Shown piece after piece: positions 1 to 10,501 of a DNA stretch of 64,000 nucleotides. The DNA comes from Candidatus Bathyarchaeota archaeon (GTDB lineage Archaea; Thermoproteota; Bathyarchaeia; Bathyarchaeales; Bathycorpusculaceae), in assembly GCA_963720565.1 (NCBI GenBank), contig CAVRFW010000005.1:192001-256000 (forward strand), written 5' to 3'. The translations under genes and the position numbers were made by a program. Position 1 is the first letter of the stretch, and the number at the start of each line of letters is the position of its first letter. The notes under the pieces are model-generated. The model saw nothing but the letters and a program-made list of their open reading frames with translations. It was not told the DNA's origin and did no database searches.

Positions 1-60
1 ATTGTTCATAGAGATGCTTCTGTTGAACAAGCTTTGAGAATCCTCGGTGAAAGCCATTGA
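1..60 (+). CDS. 3' end of a gene truncated by the window edge; probable 2-amino-3,7-dideoxy-D-threo-hept-6-ulosonate synthase (AroA')
   Basis: Frame 1 reads IVHRDASVEQALRILGESH*, resembling the C-terminus of archaeal class I aldolase-fold ADH synthases; stop overlaps the start of DHQ synthase II. Confidence 0.6.
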   Translation: MVHRDASVEQALRILGESH

Positions 61-1097
61 AGGAACTCTGGCTTGAAATAGCTACAGGCGCCTCTCTTCC
101 AGAAAAAGCAAGCCTCCTTAAACTTGCCTCTCAAAACTGCGACTTCATAATAGAAAACGAGACAGCGATTAGTCAACAAGGCAAAAGCAACATTACAATT
201 CTAAAGGACTTAGACACCGCTGGAATCACCAAGCTGATGCGAGACGGAAAACAGTTTGCTCTTAGAATAACCATAGGCGGAAAAGAAGACGAGAACACAG
301 CAGTCAAAGCAGCCGAACTACGAACAGACTACATCATAATCAACTGCCTTGATTGGCGTGTAATTCCCTTGGAAAACATAATTGCCCGAACACGCGGCAA
401 AAGCAGACTAATCTCAGAAGCGACAAATGCGGAAGAAGCCAAACTCGTCTTGGAAACGCTGGAGTTAGGAACAGAAGGTGTCCTGCTTAAGACGTCCGAC
501 CCTGAAGAGCTTACGAAAACTATCGCTACCGTCAAGAAGCAAAACCTCCAAGTTGAAATGACACCCGCCAAAATAACCACAATTAGGCAAATCAGCACTG
601 GCGCACGAGTCTGCGTCGACACATGCGACATGATGGCACCTGGCGAAGGAATTTTGGTTGGTTGCCAATCAGCGGGTTTCTTTCTCGTAGAGGCAGAAGT
701 GCACGAAAACCCCTACGTACAATCGCGGCCTTTCAGAGTCAATGCTGGCTCTCTATCCATGTATACTCTGGGACCTCAACAACAAACTCGTTATCTTTCA
801 GAGCTGAAATCCGGTGACGAAGTCCTCATAGTCAACAGAAAAGGAGTTTTGAGGACAGCTAATGTCGGAAGAGCAAAAATCGAAATGAGGCCTCTAATTC
901 TAATAGAAGCGGACGCTCAAGGTACAATGATAAAAACTATCCTACAAAACGCAGAAACCATTCGCTTGGTGACACCTGACAGTTCAAAGCCAGTGACAGA
1001 ATTGAAAGAAAGTGATGAAGTAATGGTGCACGTAGCTGCAAAAGGCGGCAGGCACTTCGGTATAGCTGTACCAGACGAAACGGTGATTGAAAGGTGA
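57..1097 (+). CDS. aroB': 3-dehydroquinate synthase II (archaeal AroB')
   Basis: DWRVIPLEN, RVCVDTC, RPFRVNAG, YLSELKSGDEV, ILQNAETIRL and GRHFG motifs. Confidence 0.95.
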   Translation: MKELWLEIATGASLPEKASLLKLASQNCDFIIENETAISQQGKSNITILKDLDTAGITKLMRDGKQFALRITIGGKEDENTAVKAAELRTDYIIINCLDWRVIPLENIIARTRGKSRLISEATNAEEAKLVLETLELGTEGVLLKTSDPEELTKTIATVKKQNLQVEMTPAKITTIRQISTGARVCVDTCDMMAPGEGILVGCQSAGFFLVEAEVHENPYVQSRPFRVNAGSLSMYTLGPQQQTRYLSELKSGDEVLIVNRKGVLRTANVGRAKIEMRPLILIEADAQGTMIKTILQNAETIRLVTPDSSKPVTELKESDEVMVHVAAKGGRHFGIAVPDETVIER

Positions 1098-1780
1098 CAG
1101 CTAGAATAGCTGTTTCGATTCTACCCAAAACTATGCAAGAAGCACTGCAACTGATTGAAAAAGCAGAAAACGCACACGCTGACTTGATTGAAGTCAGACT
1201 TGACTGTCTAGGGAATCACATTGAACTTGCTGACTTGGCCGCTCACGGCAAAACACCGAAAATAGCCACAAACAGGATGACCAGCGTGCACGGAGTCTTG
1301 CCTGTGTCTGAGGCCGAACAGAGGAAAATGTTGCTTAATGCTGCTAAGAGCGGGTTTGAATTCGTGGATATAGACTTGTCTGGCACAAAGGTTAGAGAAC
1401 TGGTTAGCGAAGTAAAAGCGAGAGGAGCCAAATCCATAGTGTCCTTTCACGATTTCTCCGGCACCCCAAGCCTTTCAGAGTTGAAAAGAATCTTTCAAAA
1501 GGAAATTAACAGCAGAGCTGACGTTTGCAAAATCGTAACCACTGCAAAGCGTATGGAGGACAATTTGACAGTTCTGGATTTCACATCAAGTGCCTCTGCC
1601 TCGGGCAAGTCAAAAATAGTGTGTTTCGCCATGGACGAGTTGGGTAAGGTTTCTAGATTGTTGTCACCCTTGTTCGGCGGTTTCTTCACCTTTGCTTCGC
1701 TCGAGCACGGTAGCGAAACAGCTTCTGGACAGATGAGCATTCAAGAAATGAGAGCAGGTTACGAATTGTTGGGGCTATAG
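1094..1780 (+). CDS. aroD: Type I 3-dehydroquinate dehydratase
   Basis: DLIEVRLD, IVSFHDF, ADVCKIV, G-x-x-SR and TASGQ motifs; aro operon. Confidence 0.93.
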   Translation: MTARIAVSILPKTMQEALQLIEKAENAHADLIEVRLDCLGNHIELADLAAHGKTPKIATNRMTSVHGVLPVSEAEQRKMLLNAAKSGFEFVDIDLSGTKVRELVSEVKARGAKSIVSFHDFSGTPSLSELKRIFQKEINSRADVCKIVTTAKRMEDNLTVLDFTSSASASGKSKIVCFAMDELGKVSRLLSPLFGGFFTFASLEHGSETASGQMSIQEMRAGYELLGL

Positions 1781-1784
1781 TGAA

Positions 1785-2654
1785 ATGTCAATTTCAGGAA
1801 AAACAAGAGTGTGTGGGGTAATTGGCGACCCGATATCCCACACTCTAAGCCCGATAATCCATAATGCGGCTTTCAGCCACCTGAAACTCGATTTCGTCTA
1901 TTTAGCTTTCGATGTAAAACCATCTGAATTAGAAAATGCCCTGCATGGCATCAAGGGCTTACGTATTCACGGGTTGAATGTTACGATGCCGCATAAGAAA
2001 GCAGTCCTTCGCTTCTTAGATGAAGTCGATCAGACTGCGAAGTTTTTGGGTGTGGTCAACACAATCCTCAACAAGAAAGGGCGACTTTGCGGCTTCAACA
2101 CCGACGGCTTTGGTGCCTTGCGGGCTCTCAAAGAAAACAGCTTTGATTTATCAGGAAAAAAAGCGCTTCTGCTCGGAGCAGGTGGTGCAGCAAAAGCCAT
2201 AGCGTTGTCTCTTGCTGAAGAGGTTGAGGAGCTCACTCTCCTAAACAGGACCTTAGAAAAAGTAAGGGACCTGGAGGAGAAGTTGAATCAGCACTTTGGC
2301 GAGAGAGTCAGATCAGACACCCTTTCGCCAGGAAATGTCAAGAAGTATCTTCGAGCTTCAGATATTCTCGTCAATGCAACATCCGTAGGTATGTATCCCA
2401 ATCTTAGCCAAAGCATAGTGCCCCCGGAAATCTTAAGGCCTGATTTAGTCGTAATGGACATAGTCTACAATCCCGTTGAAACAGAACTTGTCGAAAACGC
2501 CAGAGCTGCAGGAGCTAGGGTAATCACTGGAGTGGAGATGCTCATTCATCAAGGTGCAGCATCTTTTGAAATCTGGACAGGTTGCCCAGCGCCAGTGGAT
2601 GTCATGCGAAAAGCAGCCCTATGCAAACTCACAAGTTTAGGTGAGAACAGATGA
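1785..2654 (+). CDS. aroE: Shikimate dehydrogenase
   Basis: GDPISHTLSP, GLNVTMPHK, NTDG, LGAGGAA, NATSVG, DIVYNP motifs. Confidence 0.97.
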   Translation: MSISGKTRVCGVIGDPISHTLSPIIHNAAFSHLKLDFVYLAFDVKPSELENALHGIKGLRIHGLNVTMPHKKAVLRFLDEVDQTAKFLGVVNTILNKKGRLCGFNTDGFGALRALKENSFDLSGKKALLLGAGGAAKAIALSLAEEVEELTLLNRTLEKVRDLEEKLNQHFGERVRSDTLSPGNVKKYLRASDILVNATSVGMYPNLSQSIVPPEILRPDLVVMDIVYNPVETELVENARAAGARVITGVEMLIHQGAASFEIWTGCPAPVDVMRKAALCKLTSLGENR

Positions 2655-3520
2655 CTGGAAAAGCTGAGGCAATATCTCACGGTGCAGCAACTATCGTAAA
2701 TGCGATTGCTCTGGGGAAAGGCGCGGCTTTTGGGGTCGACCTTTGGACAAGGGCTGAAGTTAGATTAACCGAGGAGCCGCACATAATCACGGGAGAGATA
2801 ACTGAAGATCCTGGCGAAAGTACGACACTAATTGAAAGAACAGTAATGCGCGTTATAAGTCATTTCGGTCTGGAAAACCTTTTTGGAGCCAAGGTCAAAA
2901 CTCGATCCAACATACCCATTGCTAGAGGCTTGAAGAGCAGCAGTTCAGCAGCAAATGCCGTAGCCTTAGCGACTGTTGCAGCTTTGGGTAAAACGCTGGA
3001 TGACCTTGCTATAGTGAATCTGGGAGTGGATGCTGCTTTTGAAGCAAAAGTCACTGTTACAGGAGCTTTTGACGACGCTTGTGCTTCCTATTTCGGTGGC
3101 GCTGTTGTAACTGACAATCTGAAAAGAAAAATTGTTAAAAGCTCAACTATTCGCGATGATTTAACGGTTCTGTTTCATGTTCCATCCAGAAAAGCGTACA
3201 CAGGTAATTCTGACGTTGGCAGGCTGCAGACTGTTAAACCGCTCGTCAAGATAGCCTACAATGAAGCAAAGAACGGAAATTTCTGGGAGGCACTAACGCT
3301 TAATGGATTAATCTATTCAGCTACCTTGGGATATGACACTTCAGTAGCGTTAGATGCTCTAGCAGCTGGAGCATTGGCTGCCGGACTAAGCGGAAAAGGT
3401 CCTGCGATCACAGTCGTGGTTACCGAGGATAAAATTGATTCTGTCAGGGCAGCTCTGCAATGTCATGAAGGCGAAGTACTGAATACCCGATTGAACCGCG
3501 AGAAGGCGAAGGTACTCTAA
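2651..3520 (+). CDS. aroK: Archaeal shikimate kinase (GHMP family)
   Basis: GAATIVNAIA, IPIARGLKSSS, TGAFDDA, GLSGKGP motifs. Confidence 0.95.
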   Translation: MTGKAEAISHGAATIVNAIALGKGAAFGVDLWTRAEVRLTEEPHIITGEITEDPGESTTLIERTVMRVISHFGLENLFGAKVKTRSNIPIARGLKSSSSAANAVALATVAALGKTLDDLAIVNLGVDAAFEAKVTVTGAFDDACASYFGGAVVTDNLKRKIVKSSTIRDDLTVLFHVPSRKAYTGNSDVGRLQTVKPLVKIAYNEAKNGNFWEALTLNGLIYSATLGYDTSVALDALAAGALAAGLSGKGPAITVVVTEDKIDSVRAALQCHEGEVLNTRLNREKAKVL

Positions 3521-3522
3521 CT

Positions 3523-4827
3523 ATGACGGAGATTGTGGTTAGAAAGACCTGTAGTCTAGAAGGCGAAGTACGGGCGCCGTCGTCTAAGGCTTATACTCAG
3601 AGGATGCTAATAGCGACTGCATTGTCCAGAGGAACTTCGAAAATTCTGCAACCGTTAATTTCCGACGATATTCAAGCTACTCTTCGGGCAGTGGAGGGTT
3701 TAGGAGCTAAAGTGACTCGGTCAAAGGACTGCTGGAAGGTCAAGGGTTCACAACCAGTTGGAAACGCAACAAATCCTATTGACTGCGGCGAGTCCGGAGC
3801 AACACTGCGGTTTATGATTCCTGTAGCAGCGTTAGCAGCCAAACCTTCGGTGTTCACTTTTAAGCCCTCTCTGGCAAAGAGGCCCATAGAGCCACTGTTT
3901 GAAAGCCTTAAACAATTGGGGGCTGAAGTTCATTTTCAAAGCAAAGCCAACAAAGAATCCATTGTTGTCCAAGGAGGCGGAATCTTGGGAGGAAAAACCA
4001 CTGTCCCCGGCGACATAAGTTCTCAGTTTATATCAGGATTAATGTTCGCTTGTCCAATGGCCTGGAAAGAAACTGAAATCACACTCAGTACGCCGCTTGA
4101 GTCTCGAGGCTACGTCAAAATGACCGAATCGGTCCTCGGCCAACATGGAATCAAAGTATCAATATCCGATAATTTTGGACACTTTAGCATACCGCCAAAT
4201 CAAACCTATAAAACCTGTGACCACATTGTGCCCGGAGACTTTTCTTCAGCAGCATTTCTCTTGGCAGCTGCTTCCATAATCCCTTCAAAAATACAAGTGA
4301 ATAATCTTGACTATGCGATAATTCAGGGAGACAAGGTAATTCTGGAGATCCTCAAGAAGATGGGCATAAAGGTCAATGTCTGTTCTGATAGCGTTGCCAT
4401 AGAGGAAACGGATGGATTGCTTGAAGCCTTTGAAGTTGACGCGACAGATATTCCTGACCTTGTTCCAGTCCTTGTTGTCCTAGCATGTTATGCGAAAGGC
4501 ACCTCTAGAATTAGCGGTGCGCGTAGACTGCAATATAAGGAGTCCAACAGATTGTTATCGCTTTATCTTGAGTTGAAAAAGATGGGTGCTGAAATAGAGA
4601 TGAACGAAAGCAGCTTAACAGTTAAAGGAAGTTGCTCGCTACATGGTGCGGTGATTGATCCTCATAATGATCACCGTATTGCTATGGCATGCGCAATTGC
4701 CGCCTTGGGCGCTAGTGGAGAAACGATGATTCAGAATGCTGAGTGCGTGAGAAAGTCTTATCCGAGGTTCTTTACTGATTTACAGGCATTGGGGGCTGAT
4801 GTCGTTGGGTGGAAACTCGATAGGTAA
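3523..4827 (+). CDS. aroA: 3-phosphoshikimate 1-carboxyvinyltransferase (EPSP synthase)
   Basis: GESGATLRF, SSQFISG, GDFSSAAF, KESNR, DHRIAMA, KSYP motifs. Confidence 0.97.
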   Translation: MTEIVVRKTCSLEGEVRAPSSKAYTQRMLIATALSRGTSKILQPLISDDIQATLRAVEGLGAKVTRSKDCWKVKGSQPVGNATNPIDCGESGATLRFMIPVAALAAKPSVFTFKPSLAKRPIEPLFESLKQLGAEVHFQSKANKESIVVQGGGILGGKTTVPGDISSQFISGLMFACPMAWKETEITLSTPLESRGYVKMTESVLGQHGIKVSISDNFGHFSIPPNQTYKTCDHIVPGDFSSAAFLLAAASIIPSKIQVNNLDYAIIQGDKVILEILKKMGIKVNVCSDSVAIEETDGLLEAFEVDATDIPDLVPVLVVLACYAKGTSRISGARRLQYKESNRLLSLYLELKKMGAEIEMNESSLTVKGSCSLHGAVIDPHNDHRIAMACAIAALGASGETMIQNAECVRKSYPRFFTDLQALGADVVGWKLDR

Positions 4828-5911
4828 AGAATTCACAGTTACTTCTTTCGGCGAGAGCCACGGCAAATGCGTAGGAGTCGTCGTGGACGGTTGCCCAGCT
4901 GGGCTTTCTCTTTCGGAAAAGGATGTGCAAATCGAACTAGATAGAAGAATCCCGCTCGATTCCAAAATCGTTTCAGGAAGGATTGAGAAAGATACGGCGA
5001 CAATTCTCTCAGGTGTTTTCAACGGTTTGACCACTGGGGCACCAATCAGCATTGTGGTCGAGAACAAGGAAGCTCATCCCAGCGACTACGAAGGTATCAA
5101 AGATTTGCCCAGACCGGCACATGCTGACTACACTGCCGGTGTAAAGTACGGTCGGTTTAATGATTATCGTGGTGGGGGGCGCTTTTCAGGCAGGGTTACC
5201 GTTGCACTGATTATGGCTGGCGCCATTGCAAAGAAACTGTTACGCACGGTTAATGTCGATGTTTTAGCTTACACGAAAGCAGTAGGCAAGCTGAAAATGG
5301 GTGAAAGCCCAAACTTCGAGGAGATTCGTAAACACAAGTACGATACAGCGGTCCGATGTCCTAACTTAGCATATGCCGAAAAGATGGAAAAAGCAATAAT
5401 TCAAGCAAAAAAAGAAGGTGACAGTCTAGGCGGAATAATCGAGTGCATCGCGGAAAATGTTCCAGCAGGAGTTGGCGATCCACTGTTTGATTCTTTAGAT
5501 GCTGACATTGCCAAAATGTTGTTTTGTGTTCCAGCTGTCAAAGGTGTTGAGTTCGGAGCAGGATTTAAGGCTGCAGAGTTGAAGGGTTCGGAAAATAACG
5601 ACGCTTTCCAGCTACAGGGCGGTAGGGTGACCACTTTATCAAATAACGCGGGAGGTATTCTAGGTGGCATATCCTCCGGGATGCCCCTCATTGTCAGGGT
5701 AGCCGTCAAACCCACACCATCTATTAGCAAAGAGCAAAAAACCGTCAATCTGCAAAACATGAAAAACACCACGGTAACAGTGGAGGGTAGACATGATCCC
5801 TGCGTTGTTCCAAAAGCAGTACCTGTTGTAGAAGCTGCTGTTGCAGTTGTTCTCGCAGACCACATGATTCGTGCGGGTTTCATATCCAAGATTTTAGACG
5901 GGCGGAAATAA
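4799..5911 (+). CDS. aroC: Chorismate synthase
   Basis: SFGESHG, PRPAHAD, RGGGRFSGR, GGILGGIS, KPTPSI, GRHDPC motifs. Confidence 0.97.
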   Translation: MSLGGNSIGKEFTVTSFGESHGKCVGVVVDGCPAGLSLSEKDVQIELDRRIPLDSKIVSGRIEKDTATILSGVFNGLTTGAPISIVVENKEAHPSDYEGIKDLPRPAHADYTAGVKYGRFNDYRGGGRFSGRVTVALIMAGAIAKKLLRTVNVDVLAYTKAVGKLKMGESPNFEEIRKHKYDTAVRCPNLAYAEKMEKAIIQAKKEGDSLGGIIECIAENVPAGVGDPLFDSLDADIAKMLFCVPAVKGVEFGAGFKAAELKGSENNDAFQLQGGRVTTLSNNAGGILGGISSGMPLIVRVAVKPTPSISKEQKTVNLQNMKNTTVTVEGRHDPCVVPKAVPVVEAAVAVVLADHMIRAGFISKILDGRK

Positions 5912-6169
5912 ATGGAAGACATAGCGAAATTGAGAAAAAGAATCGACAAAGTAGACGAGCAAATCTTGCATTCCTTGAGCGATAGAATAAAGATCTGTAG
6001 GTCAATTGGTTTGTTGAAGAAGAAACAGGGCTTATCTATTAAGGATCAGCAGAGAGAAACCGATCTTTGCGAGAAGATTAAGAAAAGGGCGGTTGAACTA
6101 AATCTAGACCCAGCGAGGGTAGAGGAAATATATCGGCAGATAGTTGAAATGTGCATTTCTGTTCAATGA
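5912..6169 (+). CDS. Chorismate mutase (AroQ type, stand-alone)
   Basis: LRKRIDKVDEQI..L..R and D..RE signature; position in aro operon. Confidence 0.9.
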   Translation: MEDIAKLRKRIDKVDEQILHSLSDRIKICRSIGLLKKKQGLSIKDQQRETDLCEKIKKRAVELNLDPARVEEIYRQIVEMCISVQ

Positions 6170-6182
6170 CCGGAATGGATGA

Positions 6183-7265
6183 TTGACAAGCATGCTGTAT
6201 GAAATAAACGAAAAAGCTCTCAAACTTGAGAGCGAAGGAAAAAAGATAATTCGGTTGAACATAGGCGACCCTGACCTGTCAACTTCGAACGAGATAATTG
6301 AGGCTGCTTACGAAGCGATGAAGAAAGGAAAAACCAAGTATTCTTCCAGTTACGGCGAGACGAAACTAAGGGAAAAACTTGCTGAAATTCATCATGTTTC
6401 ACCTGATCAGGTTGTGATTACTCCAGGCTCGAAATGGGGCGTTTTCGCTACCATGTATCTAGCGTTGCGGGACGGCGGAAACGTCATCGTTCCCACGCCT
6501 TACTGGACAGCATACGAGTTGACAGCTAAGAGTTTAGGTGCCAAGACTAAACTGTTGAGGACCGAGTTTGATTCCCAATGGCAAATTGACTTGGAAAAGC
6601 TTGAGGATTTGATTGACGGGGAAACGCGGATGATAATTTTGAATAACCCCAACAATCCAACCAGCAAAGTCATGGCCCCCGAAATTTTGGATGGAATAGT
6701 CCAAATTGCCAACGACAAAGGTATCCCGATTCTTTCGGACGAAGTCTACGGCACCATAAGTTTTGTGAAGACTAAAAGCATTCTTGATTACGAAGGCAAC
6801 CACATTCTTTCAAACGGGTTCTCCAAGACGTTCACAATGACGGGTTGGCGACTCGGCTATATCATAGCCAGCAAAGAACTGGTCGACAAAATAACTAGAC
6901 TTAATCAAATCACAATTAGCAATGTTCCTGTCTTTATCCAAGAAGCAGGCTTGAAAGCTTTAGAGCTTCAGAAGCAAATCTCAACGAAAATCAGGGAAGA
7001 ATACCGGGAACGCGCGAAAATTGCGAGCAACATCATGTCTAAGACTGCTCTGGAATTTACAGAGCCCGAGGCTCCGTTCTATGTCTTCCCGAGAAAACGT
7101 GGTTTAGACTCAGAAAGATTCGTCTTGGACTTGTTAGATAAAGGTGTTGCAGTCGCCCCGGGTACGTCGTTTGGCGATTACAGAGAGCACTTCCGCATTT
7201 CTTTAACCGCACCGCGAGAAATGATTAAAACAGGTTTGAACAGGATCTGCGAGGCCCTGGAATGA
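6183..7265 (+). CDS. PLP-dependent aminotransferase class I/II (probable aromatic/aspartate aminotransferase)
   Basis: NNPNNPT, SDEVY, GFSKTFTMTGWRLGY motifs; operon context. Confidence 0.92.
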   Translation: MTSMLYEINEKALKLESEGKKIIRLNIGDPDLSTSNEIIEAAYEAMKKGKTKYSSSYGETKLREKLAEIHHVSPDQVVITPGSKWGVFATMYLALRDGGNVIVPTPYWTAYELTAKSLGAKTKLLRTEFDSQWQIDLEKLEDLIDGETRMIILNNPNNPTSKVMAPEILDGIVQIANDKGIPILSDEVYGTISFVKTKSILDYEGNHILSNGFSKTFTMTGWRLGYIIASKELVDKITRLNQITISNVPVFIQEAGLKALELQKQISTKIREEYRERAKIASNIMSKTALEFTEPEAPFYVFPRKRGLDSERFVLDLLDKGVAVAPGTSFGDYREHFRISLTAPREMIKTGLNRICEALE

Positions 7266-8135
7266 AAATTGCGATTCTAGGCGCGGGGAAAATGGGTGTT
7301 TGGTTCGCCAGGTTCTTCCAAGAAGAAGGATATTCCGTGGTTTTGGCAGATAGAAACGAAAAAAAACTGGAGAGGTTGAAGGAGGAACTTGCTGTCCAAA
7401 CCGCCGGCTTTGTTGAAGCTGTTCAAAAAGCCGACTGGATTTTAATCTGCGTGTCCATGAACGCTTTTGAGAACTGTTGCCAAAACAATCGGCCCCCACA
7501 TAGTAAAGGGGCAAATTGTCATGGATATTTGCTCCGTCAAAGAAGAACCCGTTAAAATCATGCACAAACACATCGAAAAAGGCTTGGTTTTGGGGACTCA
7601 CCCTGTATTTGGTCCGGGCAGCAGCGGCGTCAAAAACAAGGCTTTCATTCTTACTCCAACAACAAGGCAAGAGGAAGAATTTGCCAAAGACTTCAAAATC
7701 TGGCTGGAAGCAAAAAAAGCACGTGTTTTCGTAGTCACTCCTCACAAGCATGACGAATTGATGTCGGTTGTTCTCGGTTTTCCACATTTCGCAGGATTAG
7801 TTGCGTGCGACACTCTGCTCGAAATGAAAGATTACCCTCAAACTAAGGATGTCGCTGGCACCACTTATCGAATGTTGTTCACTTTGGCGGAAGCGACTGC
7901 AATGGAAAACCCCGAGCTGTTTTCAAGTTTACAGTTTAGTCTTCCAGAGATGGAGAAGATAGAAAAATTGTTCATTGAAAAGGCGAACGAATGGTTAAAC
8001 CTGATAAAGCAGAAAGATTCTGGGGCAATTGCAGCCAAGATGAACGATTTGAAGTCAAAGCTTGCTAGAGCAAGTCCCAGCTACGAAAAGTCGTACGAGA
8101 CTATGTATAAGATGCTGGCGGCAGCTGAAAAATAG
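7262..8135 (+). CDS. tyrA: Prephenate dehydrogenase, split by a one-base frameshift near 7465-7472
   Basis: N-terminal ORF has GAGKMG Rossmann motif; C-terminal ORF has DICSVK, THPVFGP, HDELMS..LGFPH; removing one base joins them. Confidence 0.88.
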
Positions 8136-8144
8136 CTGTTCAGA

Positions 8145-8999
8145 TTAAGCGTTTGGCGCCTTTGGATATGAACCCAAGATTTTGAGAAATGCCCCGTTCT
8201 TTTGAAGCGCTTTCAATGCTGCAGCACAGTTTTCTTCTGTTCTATGTCCTTCAAAATCCAAGTAGAAATTGTATTCCCACGCTTTCTGCTTCGTCGGTCT
8301 AGATTCGATTTTTGTGAGGTTTATGTTTCGCTTCGCAAATTCGCTCAAGGCTTGATATAGCGAACCCGGAGTGTGGGCAGCAGCAAAGATTATCGATGTC
8401 TTGTCTTTTCCTGTAATCGGAGAGTCTTCTTTTGACAATACAAAGAACCTAGTATGGTTTGTCGGGTTATCCTCAATTTCCCTGGATAGGATCTGCATTC
8501 CGTATATTTCAGCAGCTTTTGCACTGGCTACTGCTGCAGCGTTCCTTAGACCTTTCTCTTTTAACATTTTTACGCTGCCTGCAGTGTCGTAAGTCGGTAC
8601 AAGTTCGCTTCCTAGTCGCTCCAGAAAAATGCGGCATTGAGCCAAAGCTTGCGGGTGCGAATAGACCGTTTTTATGTCGGCTAATGTTACGCCGGGGTTT
8701 GCGATGAGGCAGTGGCTGACTCGGAGGATGATTTCTCCGCAGACTTTAAGGTCGTGTGTAAGGAAAAGGTCGTAGGTTTGATTGACGCTGCCTTCGAGGC
8801 TGTTCTCTATTGGAACTACGCCGAAGCGGGTTTCTTGTTTGCCAACGTTTTCAAAGACTTCTGTAAGATCTCGGCACGGTTTAACTTCTACCTTTTTTCC
8901 GAAAAAGGCGTAGACTGCGCTCTCGCTGAAAGCGCCTCTTTCTCCTTGGAAGGCCACTTTCACTTTTTGTTTCCCTGCTTTCGGTTTTTTATTAAGCAT
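8145..8999 (-). CDS. pheA: Prephenate dehydratase
   Basis: FQGERGAFSE, PIENSLEG, SHPQALAQC, TRF, INLTKIESRP (ACT) motifs. Confidence 0.97.
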   Translation of the reverse strand: MLNKKPKAGKQKVKVAFQGERGAFSESAVYAFFGKKVEVKPCRDLTEVFENVGKQETRFGVVPIENSLEGSVNQTYDLFLTHDLKVCGEIILRVSHCLIANPGVTLADIKTVYSHPQALAQCRIFLERLGSELVPTYDTAGSVKMLKEKGLRNAAAVASAKAAEIYGMQILSREIEDNPTNHTRFFVLSKEDSPITGKDKTSIIFAAAHTPGSLYQALSEFAKRNINLTKIESRPTKQKAWEYNFYLDFEGHRTEENCAAALKALQKNGAFLKILGSYPKAPNA

Positions 9000-10483
9000 T
9001 TGTTTATGCCATTAATCATTGCTTCGACGCTTGCCATAACGATGTCTTCTCTAGCTGCGCGTGCTGATACTATGTGTCCTTTCTCATCTTCAACTTTTAT
9101 GACGACTTCAGCCACAGCGTTTGAGCCACCTGTTATGGCTTCAAGACGATATTCTTTGAGCCTAATTTTTTCCAGATTATTGGTGAGTTTCTGTATGGCT
9201 TTTAACACTGCGTCCACAGGTCCTACTCCAGTCTCAGCCGCAATGTACTCTTTTCCGTCTAGGAGTAGTCTGACTGATGCTGTTGGAATTACCTTGATTC
9301 CTGTTACAACAGCCAAGTCGGCTAGGTCAACTATTTTCTCTTCTGAGATTACTTCGCCCATGACGGCTGAGGTCAAAGCGAGCAGGTCGGCATCAGTAAC
9401 CATCTTGCCTTTGTCGCCCAGCTCTTTGACTCTTTGAACGATTTCTTTTAGTTGCTCTTCCGTGGGGTGTATTTCGATTTCTTCAAGCTCGGCTTTGATG
9501 CCGCGTGTTCCAGCTAGCTTTCCAGCGACGAGTTTTCTTGTGCGCCCCACCATTTCCGGTTTTATGGGTTCAAAAGTTAAGGGTTTTACTGTTACCCCTC
9601 GGGTGTGAATGCCGGACTCGTGGGCGAAGGCGTTTTCGCCGACAATCGCCTTGTTTGCTTGTACAGATATTCCGGTTAGTGTTGCAACCAGTCGCGAGGT
9701 GCTATACAGCAGACGCGAATTAACTCTAGTCTTAAGCTTGTAGATCATGTGTAGAGCCATGACTACTTCTTCCAGTGAGGCGTTTCCCGCTCTTTCGCCT
9801 AAACCGTTAATCGTAGCGTGTATCTGAGCTGCACCTGCTTCAACAGCTGCAAGAGAATTCGCAACTGCCATTCCGAAATCATCGTGACAGTGAACGCTGA
9901 TTGGAACAGTCACGACTGTTTTGAGGTCTTCAACGAGTTTTGCCATGGAGCGCGGAATCATTATGCCTACCGTGTCAGGAACATTCAATCTATCCATTCC
10001 CGCATTCTCTGCTGCTTGGCATACCTTCTTTAGAAACGCTAAGTCAGAACGCGTTGCATCCATCGGAGAGAACTCGCATGTTAATCCGTGCTTCTTCACG
10101 TATTCAATAGAGTCTACAGCTGCGGCGACAACTTGTTCAGGCGTTAGGTTAACAGCGTATTTCATTTGCACAGGCGACGTCGGGACAAACACGTGAACTG
10201 CGTCAACGTCGCACTCTATCGCAGCATCAATGTCGTTTCTGTTGGCACGAGCTAAACCGCAGATTTCGGCGTCTAAATCAGCATTTGCTATTTCCTTCAT
10301 TACTTTTTTCTCGCCTTCGGAAGATGCTGGAAAACCAGCTTCGATCGAGTCAACGCCCAACAGGCTGAGTTGGCGCGCGATCTCGAGTTTGTCGTCAAAC
10401 GTGAGTGAAGCGCCTGGAGTCTGCTCGCCGTCCCTTAGGGTTGTGTCAAAAATGCGTATGTAATCGGCGTTTTTTGATGTCAT
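8960..10483 (-). CDS. leuA: 2-isopropylmalate synthase
   Basis: DTTLRDGEQ, NVPDTVG, HCHDDFG, GERAGN, regulatory GVGPVDA domain; located in leu operon. Confidence 0.85.
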   Translation of the reverse strand: MTSKNADYIRIFDTTLRDGEQTPGASLTFDDKLEIARQLSLLGVDSIEAGFPASSEGEKKVMKEIANADLDAEICGLARANRNDIDAAIECDVDAVHVFVPTSPVQMKYAVNLTPEQVVAAAVDSIEYVKKHGLTCEFSPMDATRSDLAFLKKVCQAAENAGMDRLNVPDTVGIMIPRSMAKLVEDLKTVVTVPISVHCHDDFGMAVANSLAAVEAGAAQIHATINGLGERAGNASLEEVVMALHMIYKLKTRVNSRLLYSTSRLVATLTGISVQANKAIVGENAFAHESGIHTRGVTVKPLTFEPIKPEMVGRTRKLVAGKLAGTRGIKAELEEIEIHPTEEQLKEIVQRVKELGDKGKMVTDADLLALTSAVMGEVISEEKIVDLADLAVVTGIKVIPTASVRLLLDGKEYIAAETGVGPVDAVLKAIQKLTNNLEKIRLKEYRLEAITGGSNAVAEVVIKVEDEKGHIVSARAAREDIVMASVEAMINGINKCLIKNRKQGNKK

Positions 10484-10501
10484 GATACCAGCACCGCTTG
10501 T